In this document: in pieces, positions 38,379-49,968 of the stretch | Layout: each line of letters starts with the position of its first letter | Position numbering within the stretch: the first letter of the stretch is position 1 | DNA from: Nitrospirota bacterium | GTDB taxonomy: Bacteria; Nitrospirota; Thermodesulfovibrionia; Thermodesulfovibrionales; Dissulfurispiraceae | Direction: 5' to 3' | Assembly: GCA_040758355.1 (NCBI GenBank) | Contig: JBFLWF010000001.1 | Span: 32,001-96,000, forward strand | DNA length: 64,000 nucleotides | Made by a program: the position numbers and the translations under genes | Notes under the pieces: generated by a model | Told to the model about the DNA's origin: nothing | Databases searched by the model: none | Seen by the model: only the letters and a program-made list of their open reading frames with translations

Positions 38379-38882
38379 TTATGTGTTATTTTCAAAATCC
38401 TTCTTCCATTTATTGATTGCTTCCTTTACCTGCTTTGACTTAGCCCAGTGAGTACGGCCAAAGTAATCACTTATGCCTATATGGGACCATCCGTTTTTCA
38501 ACATGCACTTTGCATCATAAGGAAAGAGAAGATCAAATTTTGCTCCAACCTCCAGCTTATAAGGCAACTGGCCACTTAATGGGTTTGTATAGTCATGTAT
38601 AACTACGGCATATTTTTCTTTGCGTAATAGCCACCTCCACCATGAACTATCTTTCATCTGTACCATGCTGAGGGTGACAGAACCCGGGCCATGGTTGGTC
38701 GCTGTAATGTTTACATATTCTGGTCGAGATGGATTCCCCTCTTGAATTAGAGTTCTGACCCCAAAGCCGATTTTTATTTTAGCTTTAAGAACTACATCGC
38801 GATAGATATTTCATCCAAGCGAAAGACCTGCTATTGCAACTGAAATAATACTAATGATTATCGCAAGTTCTGCTGATGTCAT
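38379..38882 (-). pseudogene. N-terminally anchored hypothetical protein with an in-frame TGA at codon 24
   Basis: MTSAELAIIISIISVAIAGLSLG*NIYRDVVLK... continues in frame into the 38379-38666 ORF; stop at 38811-38813. Confidence 0.7.
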
Positions 38883-39023
38883 TTCTATTTATAGATAATA
38901 TCCATTTTTATATTTATTTGCATTTGATAACATTTTATCCGGCAGGCACTATGCAGTCAAGTTTTTGATTCTATAGTGTTGTTTGTGGGGAGAGGAAATA
39001 TCGATAACTATTCAGATGAAGAT

Positions 39024-39054
39024 AAAAAGGGGGGACTTGCGTCCCCCCTTTTTT
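39024..39054 (-). terminator. Intrinsic terminator after ahcY
   Basis: aaaaaGGGGGGAC-ttgc-GTCCCCCCtttttt, 10 nt past the stop. Confidence 0.85.
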
Positions 39055-39063
39055 GAGGTTTAA

Positions 39064-40323
<1,260 letters not shown>

Positions 40324-40383
40324 CTATCCTCCTTGTGCAAAAGGGGGACTATCCGTCCCCCTTTTGAAATCCCTCTGATATTT

Positions 40384-41538
40384 TTATGCACCGGCGGCTT
40401 TCTTCAGAGTGCCAGCCATGTCTGTCTTTTCCCACGTGAATCCTTCCTCGTTCCTTCCGAAATGGCCGTAGGCCGCTGTCTTTTTGTATATTGGTTTTCT
40501 CAGATCGAGCTTTGTGATAATACCCTTTGGCGTCATATCAAAGTTTTTCACTATGAGTTTTGATATTTCTGAATCGGCTATTTTGCCTGTACCAAATGTG
40601 TCTACAAAAACAGATACAGGCTCAGGCACACCAATGGCATAGGCAAGCTGTATCTCGCATCTCGCTGCTATCCCTGATGCTACAATATTCTTGGCAATAT
40701 ACCTTGCCATGTAGGATGCGGACCTGTCGACCTTTGAAGGGTCTTTGCCTGAAAAGCATCCGCCGCCGTGGCTTCCGACTCCGCCGTATGTATCGACTAT
40801 AATCTTTCTGCCTGTCAATCCCGTATCACCCTGGGGGCCGCCAATGACAAACCTCCCTGTTGGGTTAATGTGATAAACAACACTCTCCTCATCGAGAAGC
40901 TCCGGAGGAATGACAGGCTTTACAACCTTCTCTATAATGTCCTCCCTCATCTCTTTTAAAGTGATGTCAGGGCTGTGCTGGGAGGATATGACGACTGTGC
41001 GAACCTTATATGGCTTGCCATCTTTATACTCAATGGATACCTGTGATTTGCCGTCAGGACGGAGATATCCGAGGACATCCTTCTTTCTCGCCTCTGTTAA
41101 TTTCCTCGTAAGCTTGTGTGCAAGCATAATGGTCATGGGCATTAGTTCAGGTGTTTCATCGCAGGCAAACCCGAACATCAAGCCCTGGTCTCCAGCCCCT
41201 CCGACATCAACACCCATAGCAATATCAGAGGACTGCTTGTCGATGGATGTAATTACTGCACATGTCTCATAATCAAAACCGTATTTAGCCCTTGTATAGC
41301 CAATATCCTTTATTGTCTCTCTGACTATGTCTGGTATATGAACATAACAACTTGTTGTTATTTCTCCTGCAACAAATGCCAGCCCTGTTGTGACAAGGCA
41401 TTCGCAGGCAACCCTTGCTATAGGGTCTTGAGCCAGAATCGCATCCAGTATTGCATCAGATATCTGGTCTGCAATCTTGTCAGGATGCCCTTCTGTAACA
41501 GACTCAGAAGTAAATAGAAAATCCCTGCCATTTGCCAT
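40384..41538 (-). CDS. metK: S-adenosylmethionine synthetase
   Basis: [28 protein letters not shown]. Confidence 0.97.
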   Translation of the reverse strand: MANGRDFLFTSESVTEGHPDKIADQISDAILDAILAQDPIARVACECLVTTGLAFVAGEITTSCYVHIPDIVRETIKDIGYTRAKYGFDYETCAVITSIDKQSSDIAMGVDVGGAGDQGLMFGFACDETPELMPMTIMLAHKLTRKLTEARKKDVLGYLRPDGKSQVSIEYKDGKPYKVRTVVISSQHSPDITLKEMREDIIEKVVKPVIPPELLDEESVVYHINPTGRFVIGGPQGDTGLTGRKIIVDTYGGVGSHGGGCFSGKDPSKVDRSASYMARYIAKNIVASGIAARCEIQLAYAIGVPEPVSVFVDTFGTGKIADSEISKLIVKNFDMTPKGIITKLDLRKPIYKKTAAYGHFGRNEEGFTWEKTDMAGTLKKAAGA

Positions 41539-41553
41539 GATTCACCTCCAAAT

Positions 41554-42567
41554 TTATTTAATCAATTCTTCTGCTATCTGCACTGCATTTAATGCCGCGC
41601 CTTTTCTTAAGTTATCCGAAACAACCCACATGTTTATTCCATTATCGATTGACTCGTCTTCCCTGATCCTTCCTACATACACAGGGTCCTTGCCAGCCAC
41701 CTCGATTGGCAAGGGATACACATTTTTCTCAGGCGCATCGAATACCACAATGCCCGGCGCCTTTGAAAGTATGGAGCGCACTTCATTGGACGTTATCTTT
41801 TTTTCGGTCTCTATATTTACGGACTCCGAATGTCCCCTGAATACAGGCACTCTTACGGTTGTTGCAGTAACTCTTATAGAAGTGTCTCCCATTATCTTTT
41901 TGGTCTCGTTAACCATCTTCATCTCTTCTTTTGTGTAGCCGTTTTCAAGGAACTTATCTATATGTGGCAGCACATTAAATGCTATCTGGTGCGGGTAGAC
42001 ATTTTTCTGTATCTCCCTGAAGTTCAACATGTCTGTTGTCTGCTGCAAAAGTTCATCCATCGCCTTTTTGCCTGTTCCAGATACTGCCTGAAATGTTGTA
42101 ACCACGACCCTCTTTATCCTTGCAGCATCGTGTATTGGCTTTAATGCAACTACCATCTGTATGGTTGAGCAGTTTGGATTTGCGATAATGCCCTTATGCC
42201 ACTTCAGGTCATGGGCATTCACTTCAGGGACAACAAGCGGAACCTCTGGGTCCATCCTCCACTGGCTTGAATTGTCGACAACCACACACCCTGATTTTGC
42301 TGCAATGGGCGCCCATATCTTTGACCTTTCAGCACCAGCAGAGAACAATGCAATGTCTATCCCCTTGAATGAATCCTCTTTCAGGCTTTCCACAGGGATT
42401 TCGCTGCCTTCGAACTGGAGCGTCTTTCCTTCAGACCTTTCTGATGCAAAGAGCCTGAGTTTTTCTACAGGAAATTTCCTCTCCTCCAGCACAGCAATCA
42501 TCTCATTGCCCACTGCACCGGTAGCGCCAACAACAGCTACTACATACTTATCTTTCTTCTTTAACAT
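41554..42567 (-). CDS. asd: Aspartate-semialdehyde dehydrogenase
   Basis: VVGATGAVG, NPNCSTIQ, DNLRKGAALNAVQ. Confidence 0.96.
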   Translation of the reverse strand: MLKKKDKYVVAVVGATGAVGNEMIAVLEERKFPVEKLRLFASERSEGKTLQFEGSEIPVESLKEDSFKGIDIALFSAGAERSKIWAPIAAKSGCVVVDNSSQWRMDPEVPLVVPEVNAHDLKWHKGIIANPNCSTIQMVVALKPIHDAARIKRVVVTTFQAVSGTGKKAMDELLQQTTDMLNFREIQKNVYPHQIAFNVLPHIDKFLENGYTKEEMKMVNETKKIMGDTSIRVTATTVRVPVFRGHSESVNIETEKKITSNEVRSILSKAPGIVVFDAPEKNVYPLPIEVAGKDPVYVGRIREDESIDNGINMWVVSDNLRKGAALNAVQIAEELIK

Positions 42568-42599
42568 CTTCTTGCTCCTTTACTTCTCTTTATCCTAAA

Positions 42600-43667
42600 T
42601 TACAATTTGCTTACATAATTTGCGACCAGGTCTCCAACCTCTGTGGTCGATAATCCCATCTTTCCTGCAGCGAGGCTCTTAATGTGTTTGCCTGTCACTT
42701 CCATGACCGCTTTTTCGATTATTTTCCCTGCCCTGTCCTCTCCGAGGTGCTCAAGCATCATGCCTCCTGCACATATCGCTGCCAGTGGATTGATGATGTT
42801 TTTACCCTTGTATTTTGGTGCAGAGCCGCCTATAGGCTCAAACATGGAAACGCCTTCAGGATTTATATTCCCTCCTGCGGCAATACCCATGCCTCCCTGT
42901 ATCATTGCACCCAGATCGGTAATGATGTCTCCAAACATATTGTCCGTGACTATCACATCAAACCATTCAGGGTTTTTCACAAACCACATGGTTATGGCAT
43001 CCACATGGGCATAATCAACCTCTATCTCGGAATATTCCTTTGCAACCTCATAAAATGTCCTTTCCCACAGATCAAAGGCATATGTGAGGACATTGGTCTT
43101 TCCGCATAAGGTGAGCTTGTTCATCTTATGTCTCTTTTTGCAGTATTCAAAGGCATACCTGATGCAGCGTTCCACGCCCTTTCTCGTATTTATCGACTCC
43201 TGAACAGCAACTTCGTCAGGGGTTCCTTTTTTAAGCACTCCTCCTGCACCTGCGTAAAGCCCTTCTGTGTTTTCCCTCACAACAACAAAATCAATATGCT
43301 CGGGGCCCTTGTCTTTTAAAGGGCATTCAACACCGGGATAAAGCTTGACCGGCCTCAGATTCACATACTGGTCGAGCTCGAACCTCAATCTTAATAAAAT
43401 GCCCTTCTCCAGAATCCCCGGCTTAACATCAGGATGCCCGATTGCACCGAGATATATTGCGTTATATTTTCTGAGTTCATCAATTGCACTGGCAGGAAGG
43501 ATTTCTCCTGTCCTCAAATACCTGTCTCCTCCGAAATCAAAATGATTGAAATTCAGTTTGAAGCCGAATCTTGATGATGCGGCATTCAGGACCTTTATTC
43601 CTTCGGCTATAACCTCTGGCCCTGTACCGTCTCCGGCTATTACCGCAATTTCAAATGATCTTTTCAT
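42600..43667 (-). CDS. leuB: 3-isopropylmalate dehydrogenase
   Basis: [37 protein letters not shown] overlap with leuD. Confidence 0.85.
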   Translation of the reverse strand: MKRSFEIAVIAGDGTGPEVIAEGIKVLNAASSRFGFKLNFNHFDFGGDRYLRTGEILPASAIDELRKYNAIYLGAIGHPDVKPGILEKGILLRLRFELDQYVNLRPVKLYPGVECPLKDKGPEHIDFVVVRENTEGLYAGAGGVLKKGTPDEVAVQESINTRKGVERCIRYAFEYCKKRHKMNKLTLCGKTNVLTYAFDLWERTFYEVAKEYSEIEVDYAHVDAITMWFVKNPEWFDVIVTDNMFGDIITDLGAMIQGGMGIAAGGNINPEGVSMFEPIGGSAPKYKGKNIINPLAAICAGGMMLEHLGEDRAGKIIEKAVMEVTGKHIKSLAAGKMGLSTTEVGDLVANYVSKL

Positions 43668-44167
43668 GCTGCAACTCCCTTTATCTTTTTCTTTGTCCAC
43701 TCGATTAACCCTCCGGCAGCTATCAATTCCTGCATAAATGGAGGTATTGGTTTTGCAATGTATTGCTCGCCTGTTGAAAGGTTTTTTATAATGCCTTTGT
43801 CAGCATCTACCTCAACGGTATCGCCTTCTTTAATTTTTTCAGATGCCTCGTCTGACTCGAATATGGGAAGGCCTATATTAAAGGAATTGCGGTAAAAAAT
43901 CCGCGCAAAGCTCTTTGCGATAACTGCCTGAACACCAGCAGCCTTTATGGCTATCGGCGCATGCTCCCTTGACGAGCCGCATCCGAAGTTCTTCCCTGCA
44001 ACAATTATATCCCCGGCTTTTACTTTATTTGGGAATTCTTTATCAGCATCCTCCATTACATGCTTGGCAAGCTCATTGGGGTCGGATGTGTTGAGGTATC
44101 TCGCAGGAATGATTGCGTCTGTATCTATATCATCACCAAATCTCCATACCTTGCCTTTAAGCAGCAT
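43664..44167 (-). CDS. leuD: 3-isopropylmalate dehydratase small subunit
   Basis: [32 protein letters not shown]. Confidence 0.88.
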   Translation of the reverse strand: MLLKGKVWRFGDDIDTDAIIPARYLNTSDPNELAKHVMEDADKEFPNKVKAGDIIVAGKNFGCGSSREHAPIAIKAAGVQAVIAKSFARIFYRNSFNIGLPIFESDEASEKIKEGDTVEVDADKGIIKNLSTGEQYIAKPIPPFMQELIAAGGLIEWTKKKIKGVAA

Positions 44168-44273
44168 AAAAACCTCCATCAGCACAAGGGGGACTTTGTC
44201 CTCCCTTGTAAAATCCTCCTATATTACATAGGATTTAAGCGAATATTATAAACTTTTTATTATAATAATTTCT

Positions 44274-45263
44274 ATGAAAAAAGTAATCATCCTTCTCGGC
44301 CCAACAGGGGTCGGCAAAACAGCAGCATCCATCCTCCTCGCAAAACACCTGAACACGGAAATCATAAGCTCAGACTCCATGCAGATTTATAAACATATGG
44401 ATATCGGAACAGCAAAGCCGTCTAAAGAGGAACAGCACACGGTAAAACACCACATGATAGACATTGTCGAGCCGTGGGAGACTTACAGCACGGGCGAATA
44501 CATAAAAGCGGTCCAGCCGATAATGGATAGTCTCCACAAAAATGGAAAAATCCCTATCGTTGTCGGCGGCACAGGCCTTTACATAAGGGCAATGACAAGA
44601 GGGATTTTCAAAGGCCCTTCTGCAGATTGGGATTTGCGGAATGAACTCCTTGAGATCGAGAAGGGATCGCCAGGATACTTATACGAATACCTGAAATCCC
44701 TTGATCCTGTGGCTGCCTCAAAGATAATGCCCACTGATACGAGGAGGATTATAAGGGCATTGGAGGTTTGCTTAAAGACTAACAGTGTAATGTCAGAAAT
44801 GCATCAGTTGTTAACCCAGCCATTGCCTTATGAATTTATAAAAATAGGCATTACACGAGACAGGAAAGAACTTTACAGGATGATCGAGCAAAGAGTTGAT
44901 AAGATGATTGATGCGGGGCTTGTTGATGAGGTGAAAAATGTGATAGGACTAATAAAAAGCAAAGGCTATAGGCAAGAGGCTATAGGCTATAATGGAAAAG
45001 AGTCTTTACCCATTGCCCATTGCCCATTGCCTATTGCCTATTCTTCTATGCAGGCCATCGGCTACAAAGAAATAGCAATGCATCTAAATGGAGAGATCAG
45101 CCTTGAAGAGACAATAGCCCTTGTAAAGAAACGGTCGAGGAATTACGCAAAGAGGCAGTTTACATGGTTTAAGAAAGAAGAAGGCATTCAATGGATAGAC
45201 GTAACGGGAATATATGAGCCTTCTGATATATTCCAGAAGATGCTACAATTTATTCATGCCTGA
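44274..45263 (+). CDS. miaA: tRNA dimethylallyltransferase with a repeat-derived insert
   Basis: GPTGVGKT, DSMQIY, VGGTGLY, QAIGYKE, YAKRQFTWF. Confidence 0.95.
   Translation: MKKVIILLGPTGVGKTAASILLAKHLNTEIISSDSMQIYKHMDIGTAKPSKEEQHTVKHHMIDIVEPWETYSTGEYIKAVQPIMDSLHKNGKIPIVVGGTGLYIRAMTRGIFKGPSADWDLRNELLEIEKGSPGYLYEYLKSLDPVAASKIMPTDTRRIIRALEVCLKTNSVMSEMHQLLTQPLPYEFIKIGITRDRKELYRMIEQRVDKMIDAGLVDEVKNVIGLIKSKGYRQEAIGYNGKESLPIAHCPLPIAYSSMQAIGYKEIAMHLNGEISLEETIALVKKRSRNYAKRQFTWFKKEEGIQWIDVTGIYEPSDIFQKMLQFIHA
44961..45041. repeat. Inverted pair of 7-nt period arrays, in-frame in miaA
   Basis: aaaggct ataggca agaggct ataggct ... tacccat tgcccat tgcccat tgcctat tgcctat. Confidence 0.9.
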
Positions 45264-45981
45264 AATAAGAATCGGCTGCAGTGGATTTAATTATTGGGAT
45301 TGGAAGGAGAACTTCTATCCTCCTGATCTGCCCCAGAGGAAGTGGTTTGAGTATTACTGCACGGTCTTTGATACAGTCGAGTTGAATGTCACATTTTACA
45401 GGCTTCCACTCGCAAAGACCTTTGACAAGTGGCACAAAGAAACACCGGATGACTTTGCATTCTCGTTAAAAGGCAGCAGGTTTATTACGCATATAAAGAG
45501 GCTCTTAGAGCCAAAAGACTCTCTGGAATTGTTTTTTGAAAGGGCCTTGCGGTTAAAGGAAAAGCTGAAGGTCGTTCTCTGGCAGTTCTCTCCTGGATTT
45601 AAAATCGATATTGAACGATTGCAGAATTTCCTTAAATTGCTTAAAAAATATCCTGTAAAAAATACCCTTGAATTCAGGCACGAAAGCTGGATAACTGACG
45701 AGGTTATTAACCTTTGCAAAGAACATGATGTAAGCCTGTGCATGGCTGATTGGCCTGAGTTCATCGATGACCTCCCTATTACCTCTGATTTCGTCTACAT
45801 AAGGAGGCATGGCGAAGGAGGAAGCTATGCAACATGTTATTCAAAGGCTGAACTTAAGAAAGATGCAAAACGGATAAAAAATTATCTTAAAGATGGAAAG
45901 GATGTATTTATTTATTTCAATAACGACTATCACGGCTATGCACCAAGGAATGCTGGGGAGTTGATGGAGATGGTGAGATGA
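45256..45981 (+). CDS. DUF72 family protein
   Basis: IRIGCSG, VELNVTFY, LEFRH, YIRRHG, YFNND. Confidence 0.9.
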   Translation: MPEIRIGCSGFNYWDWKENFYPPDLPQRKWFEYYCTVFDTVELNVTFYRLPLAKTFDKWHKETPDDFAFSLKGSRFITHIKRLLEPKDSLELFFERALRLKEKLKVVLWQFSPGFKIDIERLQNFLKLLKKYPVKNTLEFRHESWITDEVINLCKEHDVSLCMADWPEFIDDLPITSDFVYIRRHGEGGSYATCYSKAELKKDAKRIKNYLKDGKDVFIYFNNDYHGYAPRNAGELMEMVR

Positions 45982-47708
45982 AAAATCAGGAGATCGCAAG
46001 GATCTTCAATGAAATCGCTGACCTGCTGGAGATAAAGGGAGAGAATCCATTTCGAATAAGGGCATACAGGAGGGCTGCGCAGAATATTGAAGGACTGCCG
46101 AAGAGTGTCGAAGATATTCCAAAGGAAGAACTCCTGAAAGTTCCTGGAATTGGACAGGATCTGGCAGGGAAGATCGAGGAGTATATAAAGACAGGTAAGA
46201 TGCAGGCGCACGAAGAACTCAAGCATGAAATACCTGAGGGGCTATTGACCCTCCTCTCAGTACCGAGTCTTGGGCCAAAGACATCAAAACTCCTCTACGA
46301 GAAATTGAAAATCAAAGGCCTTGATGATTTGGAGAGGCTTGCTTCGGAGCATAAACTATCAGGGCTTCCCGGCATAAAGGAAAAGACAGAGGAGAATATT
46401 TTAAAAGGAATCGAGATGCTCAAAAGGGGCAAAGAGCGCCAGCCCATCGGAAGGGTGCTTCCCATTGCAAATGATATTTTAGAACATCTCAGAAAGAAGG
46501 CACCCATCTTTAAAATAGACCTTGCAGGGAGTTTGAGGAGATGGAAGGATACCATAAAGGACATCGACATTCTTGCAACATCCGACAATCCAAAAGAGGT
46601 AATGAAGGTCTTTGTGCATCTCCCCCATGTAAAAGATATTTTAATGCATGGCCCTACAAAATCCACAGTGATAATCCATGAAGACCTTCAGGTGGATTTG
46701 AGGGTTGTGGAAAAGGAATCCTATGGCGCAGCACTGGCATATTTCACAGGAAGCAAGGCGCACAATATAAGGCTCAGAGAGATGGCAATGAAGAAGGGCC
46801 TTAAAATCAACGAATACGGCATATTCCGTGAAAAGGACGAAAAGAAAATCGGCGGCGAAAAAGAGGAGGATGTTTATAAAATTTTGGGACTTCCATACAT
46901 TCCTCCTGAATTAAGGGAAGATCAGGGAGAGATTGAGGCAGCACAGGAGGGGAGACTCCCAAGACTTGTTACTGCGGAGGATATTAAGGGCGACCTCCAT
47001 GTCCATTCGAAATGGAGCGATGGGAGTCATACATTCGAGCAGCTTGTTGAGGCTGCAAAAGAACGTGGTTATTCATATATTGCAATAACAGACCATTCAA
47101 AGGGACTCGGCATTGCGAGGGGATTAACAGGAGAGAGGCTTCTGGAGCAGAAAAAGGAGATAAATGCAGTTAATAAAAAACTCAAGGGATTCAGGATCAT
47201 CCACGGCATTGAGGTGGACATCAGGAGCGACGGAAGCCTTGATATATCGGATGACGTGCTTAAAGAGCTTGATATCGTTGTTGCATCTATACATTCAGGA
47301 TTTAAACAGCCCAGAAAGCAGTTGACATATCGTTTGGTATCAGCAATGAAAAATCCATATGTAAGCATCATAGCGCATCCCACAGGAAGGCTCATAGGAG
47401 AAAGGGATGCGTATGATGTGGATATGGATGAGATATTCGCTATTGCAAAGAAGACAGGAACTGCTATCGAGATAAATGCCTATCCTTTGAGGCTCGATAT
47501 CAATGATACATATGCAAAAAGGGCAAAGGAGATGGAAATACCAATTGTTATAGCAACAGATACCCACGTAACAAATCAATTCGATTACATGAGATATGGA
47601 GTATCTATTGCGCGCAGAGGTTGGCTGGAAAAGGATGATGTGCTGAATACGTTTGCTGTTGATAAACTTTTAAAACGGCTCAAGCCGACCAAGGGCAAAA
47701 AAACATAG
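45978..47708 (+). CDS. polX: DNA polymerase X with C-terminal PHP domain
   Basis: NPFRIRAY, AGSLRR...KDIDIL, YFTGSK.HN, DLHVHSKWSDG, ITDH. Confidence 0.93.
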   Translation: MKNQEIARIFNEIADLLEIKGENPFRIRAYRRAAQNIEGLPKSVEDIPKEELLKVPGIGQDLAGKIEEYIKTGKMQAHEELKHEIPEGLLTLLSVPSLGPKTSKLLYEKLKIKGLDDLERLASEHKLSGLPGIKEKTEENILKGIEMLKRGKERQPIGRVLPIANDILEHLRKKAPIFKIDLAGSLRRWKDTIKDIDILATSDNPKEVMKVFVHLPHVKDILMHGPTKSTVIIHEDLQVDLRVVEKESYGAALAYFTGSKAHNIRLREMAMKKGLKINEYGIFREKDEKKIGGEKEEDVYKILGLPYIPPELREDQGEIEAAQEGRLPRLVTAEDIKGDLHVHSKWSDGSHTFEQLVEAAKERGYSYIAITDHSKGLGIARGLTGERLLEQKKEINAVNKKLKGFRIIHGIEVDIRSDGSLDISDDVLKELDIVVASIHSGFKQPRKQLTYRLVSAMKNPYVSIIAHPTGRLIGERDAYDVDMDEIFAIAKKTGTAIEINAYPLRLDINDTYAKRAKEMEIPIVIATDTHVTNQFDYMRYGVSIARRGWLEKDDVLNTFAVDKLLKRLKPTKGKKT

Positions 47709-47739
47709 AAATAAGCATATGCACTCACCAATAATTCTT

Positions 47740-49554
47740 CTACAGTGAAAGCCTCGTAACGACCCCATGGAGCTTATTCGATGGAAGCTTGTAAAACTGC
47801 ACGTACGCAGGCGTTAATCTCTTTATAATCGAGAATAGTTTCCAGAAGATATTCCTTGTCATTATATCTTCAATGCCGTAAAAGATAACCTTCTCATCGA
47901 TTCCAGTTTCTTTCAGTATCTCCTCTATATCCGCCGGTTCCATATAACCGAGCTGTATCTCGAAAGACCTCAATCCCTCTGCATATTGGTCCTTGAAAAA
48001 GCCCGTAACGCCGAAGGGGTCATCACGCCTTACTATAGAGACGATAATGTTATCTTCATAGATAATGCCGTTGTTAAACATGGTGTTGCTGATATAAGGG
48101 GGAATCTTTTGTATGTCCCTCGCAAAAAAAAGCGCGGTACCGCTGCTCTTATTAAGGCGTTTGTATGCCTGATTGTATTTTTCAAGAAAGATTTCCATAT
48201 CCATAGGCCGAAGCGACATGTAAAGTCTCTTTTGCCCTGATGTGTAGAGCATAATTACGCTGAGAGGAATGAGCGCTATAATAATCGACCAGTAGCCGCC
48301 GTGAGGGATCTTCGTAAAATTCGCTACGAGGTACGCAATGTCTATTGCGGTAATGAATATGGCGAGGACCGATAGGTGGTATTTCCTTTGAAGCGAGAAT
48401 ATCCAGGTCATCATAATGCCTGTCAGTGTCATAGTGCCGGTAACTGCAAGCCCATACGCCGCCGCAAGCTTGCTCGATTCAGCGAATTCAAACATAACGA
48501 AAATGACGGCCGCTAATAGGAACCAGTTCACGGTCCCGATGTAGATCTGAGACTTCCTTTCCGTAGAGGTGTAAGAAACATTGAGGATAGGCATGATGCG
48601 CGTTGTGATGCCCTGATAGACTATAGAGAAAGTTCCGCTTATCATCGCCTGCGATGCGATGATAGTGGCAGCGATGCTCAGAAGCAGGAATGGGATATAA
48701 AGGCCTTTTGCATGATAAAAAACCATCTCAAAGAGAATGTTCTTGGCCCCGGGATGTGTCAGCAGAAACGCACCCTGTCCGAGGTAATTAACGGCAAGGG
48801 CAAAAAAGACCACAATCCATGCCTGCTTTATCGGCTTCGCTCCAAGGTGCCCCATGTCGGCGTAAAGCGCCTCTCCTCCGGTGGCGCAGAGAAATATCTC
48901 GCTTAGTGCTATGAAGCCTTCCCACCTGTTTTCAAGCAGGAACCGTATTCCATAGTAAGGGTTCAGCGCCTTCAGCACCGGCGGCGCTTCTACAAGGGAT
49001 GCTATACCAAAGACCGAGAGAGCAACAAACCAGACAGAAGTAACAGGGCCAAAAGCAAAGGCTACCTTCTCCGTTCCTCTGCTCTGCAGGGAGAAGAGAA
49101 ATAGAGCGATGGCAGCCGAAATAATGACTATGGCTGTCGTGGAAATGTGCTCCAGCCCCGGGATAAGTGCCGAGCCTTCCACTGCGCTCAGTATACTTAT
49201 TGCAGGCGTAATCACTCCATCGCCCATGAGGAGGGATATTCCTATAAAAGCCATTATAGTGATAAAGGCTGTTCCCTTCTTTGAATGCAGAAGAGACGAA
49301 AGTATCTCTTTGAGGACGATAGTGCCTCCTTCGCCTCTTTTGCTGAGACGCATGGCGAGGATGACATATTGAAGAGAGACGAGGAGCGTCATTGTCCAGA
49401 TTACGAGAGACATAACTCCCATGATATTGTCCGTGGTGGGTTTTAAAAGAAGGAATACTACCGTTACCGTATAAATGGGGCTTGTTCCTATGTCGCCGAA
49501 AACAAGGCCGAGGGCTTTGATAATCCCCTTTACAGGCGATTCTCTGCGAAGCAT
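47740..49554 (-). CDS. kup: KUP/HAK/KT potassium transporter
   Basis: GLVFGDIGTSPIY, GEGG, GDGVITPAIS, TGGEALYADMGH. Confidence 0.95.
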   Translation of the reverse strand: MLRRESPVKGIIKALGLVFGDIGTSPIYTVTVVFLLLKPTTDNIMGVMSLVIWTMTLLVSLQYVILAMRLSKRGEGGTIVLKEILSSLLHSKKGTAFITIMAFIGISLLMGDGVITPAISILSAVEGSALIPGLEHISTTAIVIISAAIALFLFSLQSRGTEKVAFAFGPVTSVWFVALSVFGIASLVEAPPVLKALNPYYGIRFLLENRWEGFIALSEIFLCATGGEALYADMGHLGAKPIKQAWIVVFFALAVNYLGQGAFLLTHPGAKNILFEMVFYHAKGLYIPFLLLSIAATIIASQAMISGTFSIVYQGITTRIMPILNVSYTSTERKSQIYIGTVNWFLLAAVIFVMFEFAESSKLAAAYGLAVTGTMTLTGIMMTWIFSLQRKYHLSVLAIFITAIDIAYLVANFTKIPHGGYWSIIIALIPLSVIMLYTSGQKRLYMSLRPMDMEIFLEKYNQAYKRLNKSSGTALFFARDIQKIPPYISNTMFNNGIIYEDNIIVSIVRRDDPFGVTGFFKDQYAEGLRSFEIQLGYMEPADIEEILKETGIDEKVIFYGIEDIMTRNIFWKLFSIIKRLTPAYVQFYKLPSNKLHGVVTRLSL

Positions 49555-49591
49555 TTTCTCCTCCTCGGGATAGGGCGCTAAGGAGGAAAAT

Positions 49592-49613
49592 AAAAAAACC
49601 GCCGGGCGGCGGT
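49592..49613 (-). terminator. Riboswitch-associated intrinsic terminator
   Basis: Minus strand ACCGCC-gccc-GGCGGT-TTTTTT, between the aptamer and the kup RBS. Confidence 0.75.
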
Positions 49614-49627
49614 CTTTAATTTCTGGA

Positions 49628-49758
49628 CCTCTTGCCCTTCCAAACGCCTACGAGGTTAGCTGACGGGCTCGGGCCTGGAAGTGCCCTATCCGATAATCGG
49701 AATACGCCCCAAATTTTGGGTCCCCCGCATCCATTCTTTAAATGGATCTCGGCTGCTA
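49628..49758 (-). ncRNA. c-di-AMP (ydaO/yuaA) riboswitch
   Basis: Minus strand GCCGAGATCC...GGATGCGGGGGACCCA...TTTGGGGCGTAT...TAGGG...CCCGAGCCCGTCAGCTAACCTCGTAGGCG; matches the ydaO motif as recalled and precedes a K+ transporter. Confidence 0.9.
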
Positions 49759-49815
49759 TTTGATTTTAATATACTCTTCTGCTTATTAATTGTCAATAAA
49801 CGACAACATAAACGA

Positions 49816-49968
49816 CTATTTTTCTTTTTCCTTATCTTCTTCTTTTTCCTCTTTTATCGATACATCCCTTACAAACTCGGCACATTTCTGTCCTGCCTTC
49901 ATGGAGAACTGTTTCTGGCAGGTTGCCCTCCATGCACACACGACGCATAAGACCTTATTCTCACTCAT
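49816..49968 (-). CDS. Small Cys-rich protein (50 aa), missed by the ORF track
   Basis: MSENKVLCVVCAWRATCQKQFSMKAGQKCAEFVRDVSIKEEKEEDKEKEK; AGGAGG RBS; overlaps the upstream stop. Confidence 0.7.
   Translation of the reverse strand: MSENKVLCVVCAWRATCQKQFSMKAGQKCAEFVRDVSIKEEKEEDKEKEK

Noticed and set aside
38811..38813. Selenocysteine or alternative-code reading of the in-frame TGA
   Set aside because: The context suggests Trp, not Cys, and TGA terminates many genes in this window.
40324..41553. SAM or SAH riboswitch at metK/ahcY
   Set aside because: The asd-metK gap is only 15 nt and the metK-ahcY gap holds one simple hairpin.
43664..44167. Absence of leuC next to leuD
   Set aside because: Split leuC/leuD loci are common; leuC is probably elsewhere in the genome.
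45978..47708. PolX as the enzyme generating the repeat arrays
   Set aside because: It is an ordinary PolX-PHP found in many genomes; nothing in the sequence ties it to the arrays.
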